Assembly (NCBI GenBank): GCA_963741945.1
Contig: CAVUKA010000007.1
Location: forward strand, 1 to 64,000
Length of the DNA: 64,000 bases
Direction of reading: 5' to 3'
DNA from: an uncultured Gemmatimonadales bacterium
Lineage (GTDB): Bacteria; Gemmatimonadota; Gemmatimonadetes; Longimicrobiales; RSA9
Shown: positions 1 through 10,925 of the stretch, piece after piece
How the letters are laid out: the number at the start of each line of letters is the position of its first letter
Position numbering within the stretch: position 1 is the stretch's first letter
Made by a program: the position numbers and the translations under genes
Notes under the pieces: model-generated
The model's input: the letters and a program-made list of their open reading frames with translations, nothing else
Database searches by the model: none
What the model was told of the DNA's origin: nothing

Positions 1-34
1 AGTCCACTGCTCTGACCAACTGAGCTACGGGCCC
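1..34 (-). tRNA. tRNA, 5' half only (anticodon falls just outside the window; identity undetermined)
   Basis: Reverse complement reads GGGCCCG-TA-GCTC-AGTTGGTCA-GAGC-A-GTGGA-CT: acceptor 5' strand, D-arm, anticodon stem and the CT start of the anticodon loop. Confidence 0.9.
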
Positions 35-190
35 TCGCGTCTGCGCGATGGGCGGAAACATAGGCCTGCGGCGTGCGCCGAGGAAGGTGGGCACGGCAGC
101 TGGCGTGGGGATGAGGAAATCCGGTGCTTGCATGGCGGATTCCGGGGGCCGTATTCATGGTACCGATTGGCCACCCGATCCCGGACCACC

Positions 191-1933
191 GTGTTCGACT
201 ACTCGCTCGACTCCTGTTATCAGCTCCTCGAGCTGAGGCCCGGCGCCACGCCGGCCGAAGTGCGCGAAGCATACCGGGTGCAATCCCGGGTCTGGCACCC
301 GGACCGGTTCGCGGGCAACCCGGAGATGCAGGCGCGCGCCACGCGTCGTCAGCAACAGCTGAACGAGGCGTATCGGCGCCTTTCGGAACAGCATGCGACG
401 GATTCCCGTCCGGAGGGGCGTGCACCCACGGGCAGAAGGCGCCGCGCAGAAACCGCGGCCGAGGACGCAAGGCGGGATCGCGCGGATCCGGATGGCCATC
501 CTCGAGACGCCCGTACGCGTGCCGAACCGTTGCTCCCCGGTATGCTGCGGCGGCAGATCAAGGGGGCGCTGGCGTGGGCGTTCTTCTCCAGGGGCCGTGT
601 GGTGCTCGTAAGCGGTCTCTTGGTGTCCGGAACGGTGGCCGCGGCGGCAGCGCTGAGCGTGCTCGCCTCTGACGGGTCGCTCGTGCGTGATGGTGGGGGC
701 GACCCGATCGTCGCCACTGCGCTGGCGGCGGGCGGCGGGCAGGTGTGCTCCGCGGCCGGCCCGGAATTGACGTGCTGGGGCCGGAACGACGCCGGGCAGG
801 CCGGCGCAGATCCAGCCGGGGGCAGCTGGAGCAGCCCGAGTGCGCACTCACTTCCGGAGCCCGTCTCACAACTCGCGGCGGGGCTCGTCCATTCGTGTGC
901 GCTGCTCGCGGGCGGGCGGATCGAGTGCTGGGGCGCCAACTTCGCGGGCCAGCTCGGGGTGGGGGGCGTCGAGGACCGCGCCATGCCCACGCCGCTGGCC
1001 GCGGCGCGCGAGTACGCCGACGTCTCTTCCCTCGGGCGGCATACCTGCGCAGTGGCGCGTGATGGCGCGCTGTATTGCTGGGGTGACGACACGGACGGCC
1101 AGCTCGGGATCGGGCGCCCGGTGGCGGCGTGCCAGGTCGACGGCCTCCGGTTCTACTGCTCGGACCGCCCGGAGCGAGTCCGGCGGTCGACTGGCTGGGC
1201 AGAAGTGGCCGCGGGCGGTAGCCACACCTGCGGGGTCGACGGGGAGGGCGCCCTTCTATGCTGGGGCTCGAATCGGTACGGTCAGCTCGGCAGGGAGGCC
1301 GACGGGCGGTGTGAAGGGACGGGTGGCTCCTCCCCGTGCCTCCGCGCCCCCGCGCCCATCTCCCTCCCGGGGACACCCGGCCCCCTTCACGGCGTGGTGG
1401 CCGGCGCTTCTCATACATGTGCGCTGGACAGCCGCGACCGCGCGCTCTGCTGGGGGCTCAACAGCCGCCGACAGGCCGGAACGGGCACGGGTGACGTCGT
1501 CGCCGTGCCGACGCCGGTGTCCACCGCACTCCGGTTCACGTTCCTCTCGGCCGGCGCCTATCACACCTGCGGCGTGACTGCGGACAACGAGCTCTATTGC
1601 TGGGGCAGTGATGCAGCCGGCGAGATCGGCGGACGGGCCCCCGACCGGTGTGGCGGCGAGCGGTGCACGGCGGCGCCGATCCGCCTGGCGAAAACCGTCG
1701 CCGGCGTCGCCACCGGATTCGGGACCACCTGCGCAAGCGACGCGGCTACGCGGGTCCACTGCTGGGGGAGCGGCGCAGTGGAAACGGCAAGGCCCGGCGA
1801 GGCGCCGTCGACCATCGCGACGGCCTCGCCGGGCCATGTTAACCCGCTGGTGCGGGAGGTCCGCTGGCGCTTTCGCGCGCTCCGCAGCTTCTTCCACCGC
1901 GCGCTGCTGAACCCGCTCCGCCAGATCCTGTAG
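191..1933 (+). CDS. DnaJ (J-domain) - transmembrane - RCC1-repeat protein
   Basis: N-terminal YQLLEL...EVREAYR...WHPDRF (HPD motif); hydrophobic stretch VVLVSGLLVSGTVAAAAALSVLA; several RCC1-type repeats (AGxxHTC...CWGxNxxGQLG). GTG start at 191 is inferred; the ORF is open from 128. Confidence 0.85.
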   Translation: MFDYSLDSCYQLLELRPGATPAEVREAYRVQSRVWHPDRFAGNPEMQARATRRQQQLNEAYRRLSEQHATDSRPEGRAPTGRRRRAETAAEDARRDRADPDGHPRDARTRAEPLLPGMLRRQIKGALAWAFFSRGRVVLVSGLLVSGTVAAAAALSVLASDGSLVRDGGGDPIVATALAAGGGQVCSAAGPELTCWGRNDAGQAGADPAGGSWSSPSAHSLPEPVSQLAAGLVHSCALLAGGRIECWGANFAGQLGVGGVEDRAMPTPLAAAREYADVSSLGRHTCAVARDGALYCWGDDTDGQLGIGRPVAACQVDGLRFYCSDRPERVRRSTGWAEVAAGGSHTCGVDGEGALLCWGSNRYGQLGREADGRCEGTGGSSPCLRAPAPISLPGTPGPLHGVVAGASHTCALDSRDRALCWGLNSRRQAGTGTGDVVAVPTPVSTALRFTFLSAGAYHTCGVTADNELYCWGSDAAGEIGGRAPDRCGGERCTAAPIRLAKTVAGVATGFGTTCASDAATRVHCWGSGAVETARPGEAPSTIATASPGHVNPLVREVRWRFRALRSFFHRALLNPLRQIL

Positions 1934-1987
1934 ACGACGGGGGCGCTTCGAGACGCTCCGCCCCCCATCCGCCGGGACCGACGGCGG

Positions 1988-2653
1988 CTACCAGATCGAG
2001 TTGAACAGCCCGATCATCAAGCGCCAGTGCCCCTGGCCGCCGTCCGAGCCGCCCGCCTCCCGGCGGAAGGGCCGGTCGAAGACCTGCATGCGCGTAGCCT
2101 GGAGCCGGACGCCGGTGACCCGGTCCTCGCGCGTCAGAAACGTGAGGTCCACCCCCGCACCGCCCTGCAGCATGAGCTGCTCGGTCTTGTCAGTGTCCAG
2201 GATGATGTTGGTGTTCCGCAGCCGGATCGCGGGGCCGCCCAGGCCGTAGGTGATCAGCCCCGCCGAGCCGACCAGGTACGGGGTGATGGGCGCGGGCCCG
2301 AACGGGCGCACCATCGCGCCCGCGGACAGGGCGGAGACGTTCACGCCGTCGTATTGCCCGGGCACGGCCAGCTTCGGTCGGCCGTGGACGACGTCGCCAT
2401 GAACGGCGAGCCACGGGCTCAGCCAGTATTCCAGGAACAGCGAGCCGGCCAGGCCATCCTCCAGACGCGCCCCGCCACCCGCCGATCCAGCCTCGAGGAA
2501 CGGGCTGTACATCACCCAGTCTCCGCCGAACCCCACCGTGATCTTCGGCTGCTGCTGCCGCTGCTGCTGCGCGGCCACGCTGCCGGCCGTCAGCGCGCTC
2601 GTCAGGGCCACGGCCACCAGAATCCGCATCGATTTCCTCATGCGCTCGTGCAT
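1988..2653 (-). CDS. Outer-membrane beta-barrel protein with signal peptide
   Basis: C-terminal part of ORF 1988..3649: signal peptide MRILVAVALTSALTAGSVAA-Q, alternating beta-strands, PYLVGSAG motif, terminal aromatic residue, purine-rich RBS before the ATG at 2653. Confidence 0.75.
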   Translation of the reverse strand: MHERMRKSMRILVAVALTSALTAGSVAAQQQRQQQPKITVGFGGDWVMYSPFLEAGSAGGGARLEDGLAGSLFLEYWLSPWLAVHGDVVHGRPKLAVPGQYDGVNVSALSAGAMVRPFGPAPITPYLVGSAGLITYGLGGPAIRLRNTNIILDTDKTEQLMLQGGAGVDLTFLTREDRVTGVRLQATRMQVFDRPFRREAGGSDGGQGHWRLMIGLFNSIW

Positions 2654-2667
2654 GTCCGTTCCCCCCG

Positions 2668-4815
2668 TCACTGGATCGCCTGCTGCCAGACGGGCAGCGT
2701 CACCACGTTGCCGCTCGGCGTCACGCCGTGCAGCCGGACCACGAGGTCGGCCGGGTCCCCGGCCCTGGGAAGCGTCATCGTGAGCGGCCCGACCAGGCTT
2801 TCCACCAGCGGCAGCTCGGCCCGCACCCGGTAGTGCCCGGATGTCTCCAGCACCAGCACCGACCGGTCGTTGGTGGGCGCGAAGGCCAGGTCCAGCGTGG
2901 GGTGGCGGACGATCCCGCCCTCCCCGCCGAGGTTCGCGGGCAGCGTGGGAGCCGTGCAGCCGGAGGACGTCGTCGAAGTAGACGACGGAGTTTCCGCCTC
3001 TGGCAACGAACTGCCGTCCCGATTGATCGACATCGAGACCGCTCACACCAATGCCAGCGTTGTTAGTGAAGTCGTCGATCGACAGGTACCACGAGATCAG
3101 CCGGTGATCGTATCCCGGGTGTGCCCCGCTCGCGCCCCACAGCCAGACGCGGCTACCATCACCAAACGCGATGGTCGATGGATCGTCGCTAGTCCCGAAG
3201 CGGACATCGCCGCCGACATTCCAGTAGCCCGTGGCCCAGGTTCGGTCCTTCCGATAGAAAACGTCCGAACCCTTCTGCTTCAAGTCCGCGATCACGGACT
3301 CGAACTGATCTAGCGGCCCGTGAGCACTTATCATTTGGTTCGGATGACCGGCGACGTGGTCGTAGACGTACAGCGTGGGCACAAAGTCGGGCTCACAACG
3401 CCAGATCGCCTCGGGCTCAAGCGTCATCGTATCGACATAGGTCACAGCCCAATTCCCCGGAGCAGGGGGGAGGACGTCGCTCCAGAGCATGATGTACGCT
3501 TCTCGTGCTCTGGTAGTTCGGGTATGTTTCGACCATCCGGATCGGGCCCGCCGTGGTCGATCGAGTAGAAGATGATCCCGTCCTTGTCCTGCGACGACGC
3601 GCGGGGTCGGTCTCCCTAGTCCTCCACCAGTCATCGGCGCCGCCCGCATTGGGCAGGTAACGTTGTAGAGCGTCGCATTCGTGAGTTTCCAAACGCGGCA
3701 TCTTCTCGGTTCGCTGATTCAGGTCGACGAATGACAGGCTTACGCCGCCGGAATTCGCCACAATGAGCGTGTCGCCGGTACGGTCCACGGTGATGCCGAA
3801 TGGCTGGGATCCGACCAGGATATCCTTCTTCAGCGCCTGGTCGGGCGCGCCGACGAAGTCGAGCACCTCGACCTCGTTGCGGTCCGTGACGGACGCATAG
3901 AGGAGTCCGCGGTTTCTGGTCCGAGACCAGGTCTCCGATGGTGCCGCCCCAGTCGCGCTGGATGGTGGTGCTGGCCACCACCGTGACGTTCGCCGGTGCG
4001 GATTCCTCGGCGAGGAGGCGGGAGCCCACCGCCACGCACGGGAGACTGGCGAACGGCTCGCGCACGTTTGCGGCGCAGTTGCCGGCCGCGTCCACGGCGT
4101 AGCCGTGCACTTCGACCGTCACGTCGGTGGGGAGGTCCATGGTGCCGAAGCCCTGGATCGGCAGGACATCGTGGATCAGCGCCGTGTCGCGGGCCATGAC
4201 CGTGTCCGCGCGCGCCACCGTGACGGTGTCGCCGCCCGCCTGGTAGAACAGGACCGTGTATCCGCACCAGGCCAGCAGCCCGCCCTCGTTGGCATCGCGG
4301 CAGCGGATCGTGACATCGACGGAGTCATCCGCCTCGGAACGGTCCGGGAGCACGGAAGCCACCGAAACCTCCGGCGGCGTGGTGTCGGGAGCCAGGATGG
4401 TCACGACCGCCATGGCGGGGTCGCTCTTGAGGCCGGACGGCGATGAAGCCGTGGCCTTGAGCGTGACGGTGCCCGTCGCGGTGGGCGGGACCGAGATCGT
4501 GGTGTCCAGCGAAACGGTGAGCGGAGCGCCTTCGAAGACTCTCCGGAACGATCCGTTGAACGCGCCGGTCCACGACACGTCCATGGATTCGACACCGGAG
4601 CTGTTCCTCCCCTCGCCCCGTACCAGGACGCGGATGGCCGTCCCGGCGTTCACCTGCGTGCTGGTGGCCGTGCGGTCAATGAAGACATCCGGAGGGGCGT
4701 CCAGGACATCACCCTCCAGGAGCGTTCCACCCTCGCAGGCGACGAGGGATCCCCCGGCCAGGCAGGCCACGGCCAGGATCCCCGGCCAACGCGGAACCAT
4801 GCGGCGTCGCATCAT
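2668..4815 (-). pseudogene. Large surface lipoprotein (Ig-like domains plus beta-propeller), broken by several frameshifts (real or sequencing error)
   Basis: AGGAGA RBS and lipobox LVAC at the start. The reading continues across ORFs 3631..4941, 3417..3866, 1988..3649 and 2668..3033 if single bases are removed near 3913, 3684 and 2948, with further indels at ~3500-3640. YVTN-like motif VGSQPFGITVDRTGDTLIVANSGG. Confidence 0.7.
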
Positions 4816-4912
4816 CCAGTCTCCTCGGACAGAAAATGGCGGATATCCGGCGATCGCCCGGAAATTTCCCGCAAAGACGGAGGACCATGTGGCACGAGGC
4901 GGGCCACGCTGA

Positions 4913-4941
4913 ATCATGCTGCGCGGCGCGGCCTTTTTCAA
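4913..4941 (-). promoter_or_regulatory. Putative sigma70 promoter for the lipoprotein/OMP genes
   Basis: TTGAAA-17 nt-CATGAT on the minus strand, ~100 nt upstream of the ATG at 4815. Confidence 0.4.
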
Positions 4942-5040
4942 CCCGCACGGCCCCGTTCTGCCGCGCGATGCGACAACGGGCGTCGTACCGCGAGACAGCG
5001 ATCCTGCGTCCGCCGCCGCCGGTTGCCGGCCGCCGGACGG

Positions 5041-5688
5041 CTACTTGGTGCCGAAGAGTCGGTCGCCCGCGTCGCCGAGGCCGGGGAGGATGTAGCCGTA
5101 CTCGTCCAGCTCCCGGTCCAGCGCCGCGATGATCACCTGGACGTCCGGATGGTCCCGCTCCATGCGCTCGACGCCTTCCGGCGCGGCCACGAGGCCCATG
5201 AGCCGTACGGAAGCGGCCCCCTGCTGCTTGAGCTCGGCGATGGCCGCGGACGCGGAGCCGCCCGTGGCGAGCATGGGGTCGAGGACGATGAACTCGCGGG
5301 ACTCCGCGTCGCCCGGGATCTTGAAGTAGTAGTGCACGGGCTCGAGCGTGGCGTGGTCGCGGTAGAGGCCCACGTGTCCGACGCGCGCGGAAGGCATGAG
5401 TCGGAGGACGCCATCGACCATGCCGAGCCCGGCCCGGAGGATCGGGACCAGGGTCACCTTCTTCCCGGCCACCCGGAACGCCTCGGTCCGCTCGAGCGGG
5501 CTTTCGACCGTGACGGGCTCGAGGGGCAGCTCGCTGGTGGCCTCGTAGGCCAGGAGCATGCTGAGCTCCTCGACGAGCTCGCGGAAGATCTTCTTCGGCG
5601 TGGAGACATCGCGCAGCAGCCCCATCTTGTGCTGCACCAGCGGATGGTCCACCACCACCAGGTTTCGGTACTTCGAGTGTCTCGGCAT
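5041..5688 (-). CDS. upp: Uracil phosphoribosyltransferase
   Basis: [22 protein letters not shown] motif [27 protein letters not shown]. Confidence 0.97.
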   Translation of the reverse strand: MPRHSKYRNLVVVDHPLVQHKMGLLRDVSTPKKIFRELVEELSMLLAYEATSELPLEPVTVESPLERTEAFRVAGKKVTLVPILRAGLGMVDGVLRLMPSARVGHVGLYRDHATLEPVHYYFKIPGDAESREFIVLDPMLATGGSASAAIAELKQQGAASVRLMGLVAAPEGVERMERDHPDVQVIIAALDRELDEYGYILPGLGDAGDRLFGTK

Positions 5689-5708
5689 CGGCTTTTGCCC
5701 CGCGTGCT

Positions 5709-8183
5709 CTAGATGGTCCCCGTGGCGCGGGCTTCCACCCACCCCTCTTCCCCGCCCCGCGTGCGCGCCCGGGCCCACTCGCCCTCCCGCCCGACCAGCT
5801 CCAGACCGTTGCCGGGCTCCAGCGGCCTCACCACTTCCCCGCGCAGGTTCGGTCCGGCGCGCAGCGTCGTCGGTTCCAGCACGATGAGCATTTCCGGCTC
5901 GCGGGTCGAGACCCATCCGGCCATCGCGCCGCTCGCGGCCAGTGCTCCGGCCACGCAGGCGACGACGACCGCCGCCCTCCTCCGTCGCAGCACCCACCAC
6001 GCCGCCGCTGCCGCGGCCACCCACCAGCCGATCGCCATCAGCAGCCAGCGCTCCTCCGACCTGAGGAAGAGCGGCGGCGTGGCACGCGCCACGAGCTCCG
6101 GGGCGACGCCGACGGCGCGGAGATTGTGGCGGGCGTCCCCGTCCCGAGGCTCGAGACGGACGGCTCGGAGCCAGGCCCACACCGCCGGTCCCCGCCGTCC
6201 CGCCCGCTCGAAGGCGGTCCCCAGGTCGTACCACCCGGTGGGGTCCCGGGGCGCCGCTTCCACGTAGTCGCGGAACGCTCCGGCCGCTTCCCCGTAGCGG
6301 CCCGAATCGAACAGCCGCACGCCCTGTTCGAAAGCCGCACGCGGCGGCATGGCCGGCCGCGGCTCAGCCTGCGCCCGGGCTCCGCCTCCGGGCAGGCCCA
6401 GCAGCAGGGGAACGAGCAGGACCGCCGCCGCCGGCCGCGCGGGTGCCCGCTGTGGCTCCGTTGCCTCGCCATCGATCTTCTCCAGGACACGGGAGAGCTG
6501 CCACAGGATGTCCGCCATGATTTCGGCATCGGGAGGGTCGGGGGCGTAGCGAGCGGCCGCGAGGCGGTCGAAGGCCAGCCGCAGCGCCGCGACCGCATCG
6601 GCGGAAACACCCGCGCTGGCGAGTCGGGGCCCCGAAAGCGGATCGCGGGGCTCGGTGCCGACCCTGCGATGCAGCCACGAGCGGACGAATGCATCGGCGT
6701 CCGCCAGGACCGTGACATCCCCGCCCGAGGCGCGGTCGGCGAAGTCACGCAGCCGGGACCGGCGCGCCTTCCGCAGCGTGCGCAGCGACACGCCGTTGCG
6801 ACCACGACGGCTTCGCACGCCGACCGCCGCGGCGAGGAGGAGAAGCGGAACCACCTGGATCGCGCGGAACCACCGCGCGCGGGTCCAGGCCAGCGGATCC
6901 GCGCCACGCGGCGCGGGCCGGATATAGCGGAGAGCCGGCTCGGCGTCCGCACCGGTGCCGGCCGCGGCGCCGGCAGCGCCGGGCCCGGCGGTGAGCGTGA
7001 GGGCGGGCGAGGTGGCCACGTGGTATTCCTCCGCGAGCGGGTCGAAATACGGGTACCGGATGGCCGGGACTTCCCGTGTTCCCGAGCGTCGCGGGATGAC
7101 GACCCAGCTGAAGCGCTTCGACCCTCCCACCGTGTCCCCCTGGACGCGGGTCTCCGACTCTTCCGTGGGCGGGTACACTTCCAGCCCGGGCATGTCCGGG
7201 AGTGCCGGGGCAGGGAGCGCCTTCGCGTTGCCCATGCCGCTGACTTCCAGCGTCAGGACCGCGGCCTCGCCCGCGGGAACGCTGTCGGGCTCGATCCAGC
7301 TCCGCGCCGTGTACCGCCCGACGGCCCCGTTGAAATCGTCGGGCCGCCCATGCTCCGGGAGCGGTCGAACGGTGACGGGGAGCGGATCGGTGGCCACGTG
7401 GCTGGCCTCTGGGGCGTACAGGAGGCCGCGGCGGATCTCGAAATCGAGCGTGGCCGGCGGGATCCGGAAATCGCCGGCCGTGAGCGGGAAGAATGCGCGC
7501 CGGAACGTCTGCACCTCGTAGATTTCGCCGCCCATGGCCTCGGAGCGCGTGGCGGTCGGGTCCGGCAGGTCGTGGACCCAGAAGCCGGAGGGCGTGGGCG
7601 GCTGGTACTCGGGGGAGCGCCGGAGCCGGAGGCGGGCGTCCTGCGAGAACATGACGTCCACGTCCAGGGTCACCTGCTGCCCCACGAACGCGTGGTCCTG
7701 CTCCAGCCGCGCACGCACCACCACGCCGTCGGCGCTGGAGCGGCTCGCCGGTCCGCCACCCGACCAGCGTCCGGTTCTCGCACCCGACGAAGGCGGCGTG
7801 CCCGCGGGATTCCCGGCGCTTCCCGTGACGGTGAGCAGCTCCGCCGCAGTGCTGTAGCGGCGGGTGCCCACGGTGACCCGGACCGCCGGCACGCGATAGC
7901 GCCCCGGCGCGCGGGCGCGCAGCACGAAGTCGCGCGTGATGAACCGCTGCGTGCCACCCGGGAGGCTGAACTGCCGCTGGTCGGACGCGCGGGTCCCCAG
8001 GAGGTCGAGCCCCGGCGGCAGCGACTCGAAATCCTCGATCCGGGCACGCGCGCCATCCGTGCGCACCTCCACGCGCAGCGTGGTGGTCTCCCCGACCTCC
8101 ACCTCGGGGGCGGTGAAACGGGCGCTCACGCGGACCGAGTCCTGGGCCGCCAGCGAGAGCGCGAGCAGAAGCCAGGGCGTCAT
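5709..8183 (-). CDS. batD: BatD-family protein fused to a BatE-like TPR/TM/SH3 module
   Basis: Signal peptide, BatD-type segments ([14 protein letters not shown]), TM helix, then TPR (WYDLGTA...DARHNL), TM pair and SH3b-like end (LRAGP...EGWV); last gene of the Bat operon. Confidence 0.8.
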   Translation of the reverse strand: MTPWLLLALSLAAQDSVRVSARFTAPEVEVGETTTLRVEVRTDGARARIEDFESLPPGLDLLGTRASDQRQFSLPGGTQRFITRDFVLRARAPGRYRVPAVRVTVGTRRYSTAAELLTVTGSAGNPAGTPPSSGARTGRWSGGGPASRSSADGVVVRARLEQDHAFVGQQVTLDVDVMFSQDARLRLRRSPEYQPPTPSGFWVHDLPDPTATRSEAMGGEIYEVQTFRRAFFPLTAGDFRIPPATLDFEIRRGLLYAPEASHVATDPLPVTVRPLPEHGRPDDFNGAVGRYTARSWIEPDSVPAGEAAVLTLEVSGMGNAKALPAPALPDMPGLEVYPPTEESETRVQGDTVGGSKRFSWVVIPRRSGTREVPAIRYPYFDPLAEEYHVATSPALTLTAGPGAAGAAAGTGADAEPALRYIRPAPRGADPLAWTRARWFRAIQVVPLLLLAAAVGVRSRRGRNGVSLRTLRKARRSRLRDFADRASGGDVTVLADADAFVRSWLHRRVGTEPRDPLSGPRLASAGVSADAVAALRLAFDRLAAARYAPDPPDAEIMADILWQLSRVLEKIDGEATEPQRAPARPAAAVLLVPLLLGLPGGGARAQAEPRPAMPPRAAFEQGVRLFDSGRYGEAAGAFRDYVEAAPRDPTGWYDLGTAFERAGRRGPAVWAWLRAVRLEPRDGDARHNLRAVGVAPELVARATPPLFLRSEERWLLMAIGWWVAAAAAAWWVLRRRRAAVVVACVAGALAASGAMAGWVSTREPEMLIVLEPTTLRAGPNLRGEVVRPLEPGNGLELVGREGEWARARTRGGEEGWVEARATGTI

Positions 8184-8186
8184 CCG

Positions 8187-8891
8187 CTACCAGTCCCGGA
8201 CCGCCCGGGTCTGTTGGTGCCCCTTCCGGAGCTTGTCCTGGAAGACTTCTCGCTCGTTCTGCTCCACGGCGCTCAGGATCCGCTCCGCCTGCTCCCGGGT
8301 CAATGGCGACGGCGCCGCTCCCTCGCCACCGGCCGGCTGCGGCTGCTGCTCGCCCCGCGCCTGCCCGCCCCCGCCCTGTCCGCCCTGCTGCGGCTCCTGC
8401 TCCCTGTCCTGCTTCCCGCCGCCGCCTCCGCCCTGCTGCTGACGCTGCCGCTCCCGCTCCCGGAGCGCGAGCTCGTAGTTCCACTTGGCCGCAGCATCAC
8501 CGGGGGAGAGACGCAGCGCCTGCCGGTACGCCTCCACGGCCGCGTCGTAGAGCGGGCCCGCCGACTCCGCCTGCGGGCTCCGGCGCGCGTCCTCGAGAAA
8601 GCGGCTCCCGAGGTTGTAATAGACGTCCTCCCGCGTCGCCGGCTCGACGGCCTTGAGCGCGGCCCGGAGCTCCGCCTCGGCCTCATCGTATCGCCCGAGC
8701 CTGAGCAGCGCGGTGCCGAGATTGTAATGGAGCACCGGCGTGTCCGTGCCGTCCTCCAGCGCTGCGCGGTACGCCTGCACGGCCTCCTCGTACCGGCCAT
8801 CGCGGAACAGGCGGTTGCCGCGCTCGACACCGCCGAACGCCGCCGCGGTGGTGAAGAGCACCAGCCCCAGCAGAACCGCAAATCTACGCAT
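8187..8891 (-). CDS. batC: BatC-like TPR protein
   Basis: GNRLFRDGRYEEA, YNLG TPR motifs, AKWNYELAL, Q/G-rich linker, EQAERILSA...RDW end. Confidence 0.8.
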   Translation of the reverse strand: MRRFAVLLGLVLFTTAAAFGGVERGNRLFRDGRYEEAVQAYRAALEDGTDTPVLHYNLGTALLRLGRYDEAEAELRAALKAVEPATREDVYYNLGSRFLEDARRSPQAESAGPLYDAAVEAYRQALRLSPGDAAAKWNYELALRERERQRQQQGGGGGGKQDREQEPQQGGQGGGGQARGEQQPQPAGGEGAAPSPLTREQAERILSAVEQNEREVFQDKLRKGHQQTRAVRDW

Positions 8892-9942
8892 GCGACTCCT
8901 CCCTCACTCGCCCGCCGCCGCCGTTGCGGAGCGGGTCCCGCCGTGCCGCGATCAAGCCGTCCAGCAGCAGCAGCGCCAGGGCGAGGAGCAGGAACCACTC
9001 GTAGCGCTCCTTCTGTCGGACCCGGCTCTCCGCGGCCCCCTGCCTGCGCTCCAGCCCCCGCAGCGAGGCGACAATGGCGTCCGTGGAGCCCGGGGAGCCG
9101 AGCTCCACGTAGCGGCCGCCGGTGATCCCGGCCACCCGTCGCAGCAGCTCCTCGTTCCGGCGCGTGATCACGATCTCCCCTTCCGGCCCGCGCTTGTACC
9201 CCTCGATTCCGCCCGTATCCGTGGTCTCCGGGATCGGCGCGCCCTGCGCCGTGCCTACCCCCACGGTGTTGATGGTGATCCCGAAGCGCGCGGCACGCTG
9301 CGCCGCCTCCACCACCGCGCTCTCCTCCTCCAGTGCCTCCCCGTCCGTGACCAGCACCACCTCGCCCTTCCCGGAGCTCTCTTCCGGGCCGCGCGCGAGG
9401 TCGGTAGCCTGCCGGACGGCCGATGCCAGCGACGAGCCACCCTGGCTCACGATGTCCGGGTCGAGCGCATCCAGGTACAGCTGGAGCGCGCCATGGTCCA
9501 CGGTCATGGGCGAGAGGACGTACGCCCGTCCCGCGAACGCCACCAGACCGATCCGGTCACCGGGAAGATCCCGGAGCAGGCGGCGCGCCAGAACGCGCTC
9601 CCGCTCCAGCCGGCTGGGCTCCACGTCCCGCGCCAGCATGGAGCGGGAGACATCCAGCGCCAGCACGATGTCCGCCGCCGCGCTGCGCTCCTCCACGCTC
9701 TCCAGACCCCAGCGCGGTCCCGCCGACGCCAGCCCCAGCGCTGCCGCCGCCACCACCACCAGGAACAGGCGGACAGTCGGGAAGCGACGCAGGTTGCCGG
9801 CACCCAGACGGGCCAGGAGGTCGGCCGCGCCCAGCACGCGCGCGGCCCGGCGTCGCCTGCGCCCCCAGAACACGAAGCCCACGCCCACCACCAGCGGCAG
9901 CGCCACCGCCAGCCAGATCAGCTCCGGGCGCGCAAGGCTCAC
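8884..9942 (-). CDS. batB: BatB-like VWA domain membrane protein
   Basis: MIDAS DVSRSM, GLVAFAG, LVTDGE; GTG start overlapping the upstream stop. Confidence 0.85.
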   Translation of the reverse strand: MSLARPELIWLAVALPLVVGVGFVFWGRRRRRAARVLGAADLLARLGAGNLRRFPTVRLFLVVVAAAALGLASAGPRWGLESVEERSAAADIVLALDVSRSMLARDVEPSRLERERVLARRLLRDLPGDRIGLVAFAGRAYVLSPMTVDHGALQLYLDALDPDIVSQGGSSLASAVRQATDLARGPEESSGKGEVVLVTDGEALEEESAVVEAAQRAARFGITINTVGVGTAQGAPIPETTDTGGIEGYKRGPEGEIVITRRNEELLRRVAGITGGRYVELGSPGSTDAIVASLRGLERRQGAAESRVRQKERYEWFLLLALALLLLDGLIAARRDPLRNGGGGRVREESHA

Positions 9943-10925
9943 GGGATCCTCCCCCAGCGACTCCCGAGCAGGATCCACTCCAGCGCCAGGAACGCCGCGG
10001 CGAGCAGCACGAACGGCAGGTAGCGCGGCGTGTAGTCGGTGTAGCGCCGCACTTTCACCGTTGTCTTCTCCAGGTCGTTGATGCGGCCGTAGATGCTGTC
10101 CAGCGCGGCCTCGTTCGTCGCACGGAAATACTGCCCGTTCGTGATCCGCGCGATCTCGCCCAGCAGCTCCTCGTCGATGTGCACGGGCAGGTTCGCGTAC
10201 TGGTAGCCACCGAACATCCCGCGCGCGATCGGGATCGGCGCCACACCCTCGCTCCCCACCCCGATCGTGTAGATCCTGATCCCGTACGCCGCGGCCGCCC
10301 TGGCGGCCGTCACCGGGTCGATCTCCCCGCGGTTGTTCTCGCCGTCCGTCATGAGGATCATGACGCGGGACTGCCCGGGCGACCGGCGGAGGCGGTTGGC
10401 GGCGATGGCGATGGCCGTGCCGATGGCGGTCCCGTCCTCGAGCATCCCGGCCTGCAGCTGGTCGAGCGCGCGGTAGAGGACGTCGTAGTCGATGGTGAGC
10501 GGGACCTGCGTCAACGCTTCACCGGCGAACGCCACGAGTCCGACGCGGTCGTAGTGGCGCCCCTGGATGAAGCGGGCCACCTCGGTCTTGGCCACGGCCA
10601 GACGGTTCTGGGGGTGGAAGTCCTCCGCCAGCATGGACGTGGAGATGTCCACCACCAGCGCGATGCTGATCCCCTGCGCTTCGATTTCCGTGGCGGACAC
10701 GCCGGTCCGCGGACCGGCGGCGGCCACGATCAGGGCAATGAGCGCCACCAGTCGCAGCCATTCCGGGAGGCGGGCGACCCAGCGCACCATGGGCCCCGCG
10801 AGGCTGCCGGCGGCGCCCGCGCGTGAGAAGAGGATCGTGCGTCGGCGCCGGAGGCGGTAGACCTGCCAGGCGGGGACCACGAGGAGGAGCAGGAGCGCCC
10901 AGGGGTGAGCGAAGCCGAATGTCAC
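9939..10925 (-). CDS. batA: BatA-like VWA domain membrane protein
   Basis: FAHPWALLLL N-terminus, DISTSM, GTAIG, LMTDGENNRG, IYTIGVG; GTG start overlapping the upstream stop. Confidence 0.88.
   Translation of the reverse strand: MTFGFAHPWALLLLLVVPAWQVYRLRRRRTILFSRAGAAGSLAGPMVRWVARLPEWLRLVALIALIVAAAGPRTGVSATEIEAQGISIALVVDISTSMLAEDFHPQNRLAVAKTEVARFIQGRHYDRVGLVAFAGEALTQVPLTIDYDVLYRALDQLQAGMLEDGTAIGTAIAIAANRLRRSPGQSRVMILMTDGENNRGEIDPVTAARAAAAYGIRIYTIGVGSEGVAPIPIARGMFGGYQYANLPVHIDEELLGEIARITNGQYFRATNEAALDSIYGRINDLEKTTVKVRRYTDYTPRYLPFVLLAAAFLALEWILLGSRWGRIP

Noticed and set aside
1988-3649. 553-aa ORF as a single protein
   Set aside because: Chimeric frame: part of the frameshifted lipoprotein runs into the separate OMP gene, which has its own RBS and signal peptide at 2653.
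2950-3760. Diversity-generating retroelement variable region
   Set aside because: No reverse transcriptase or template repeat seen in the window, and the changes include indels rather than adenine-specific substitutions.
6126-9125. 999-aa plus-strand ORF (and similar long ORFs such as 51497..54463, 20104..21984, 34909..36780)
   Set aside because: Antisense shadows of well-supported minus-strand genes; stop-poor because of high GC; no recognisable domains.
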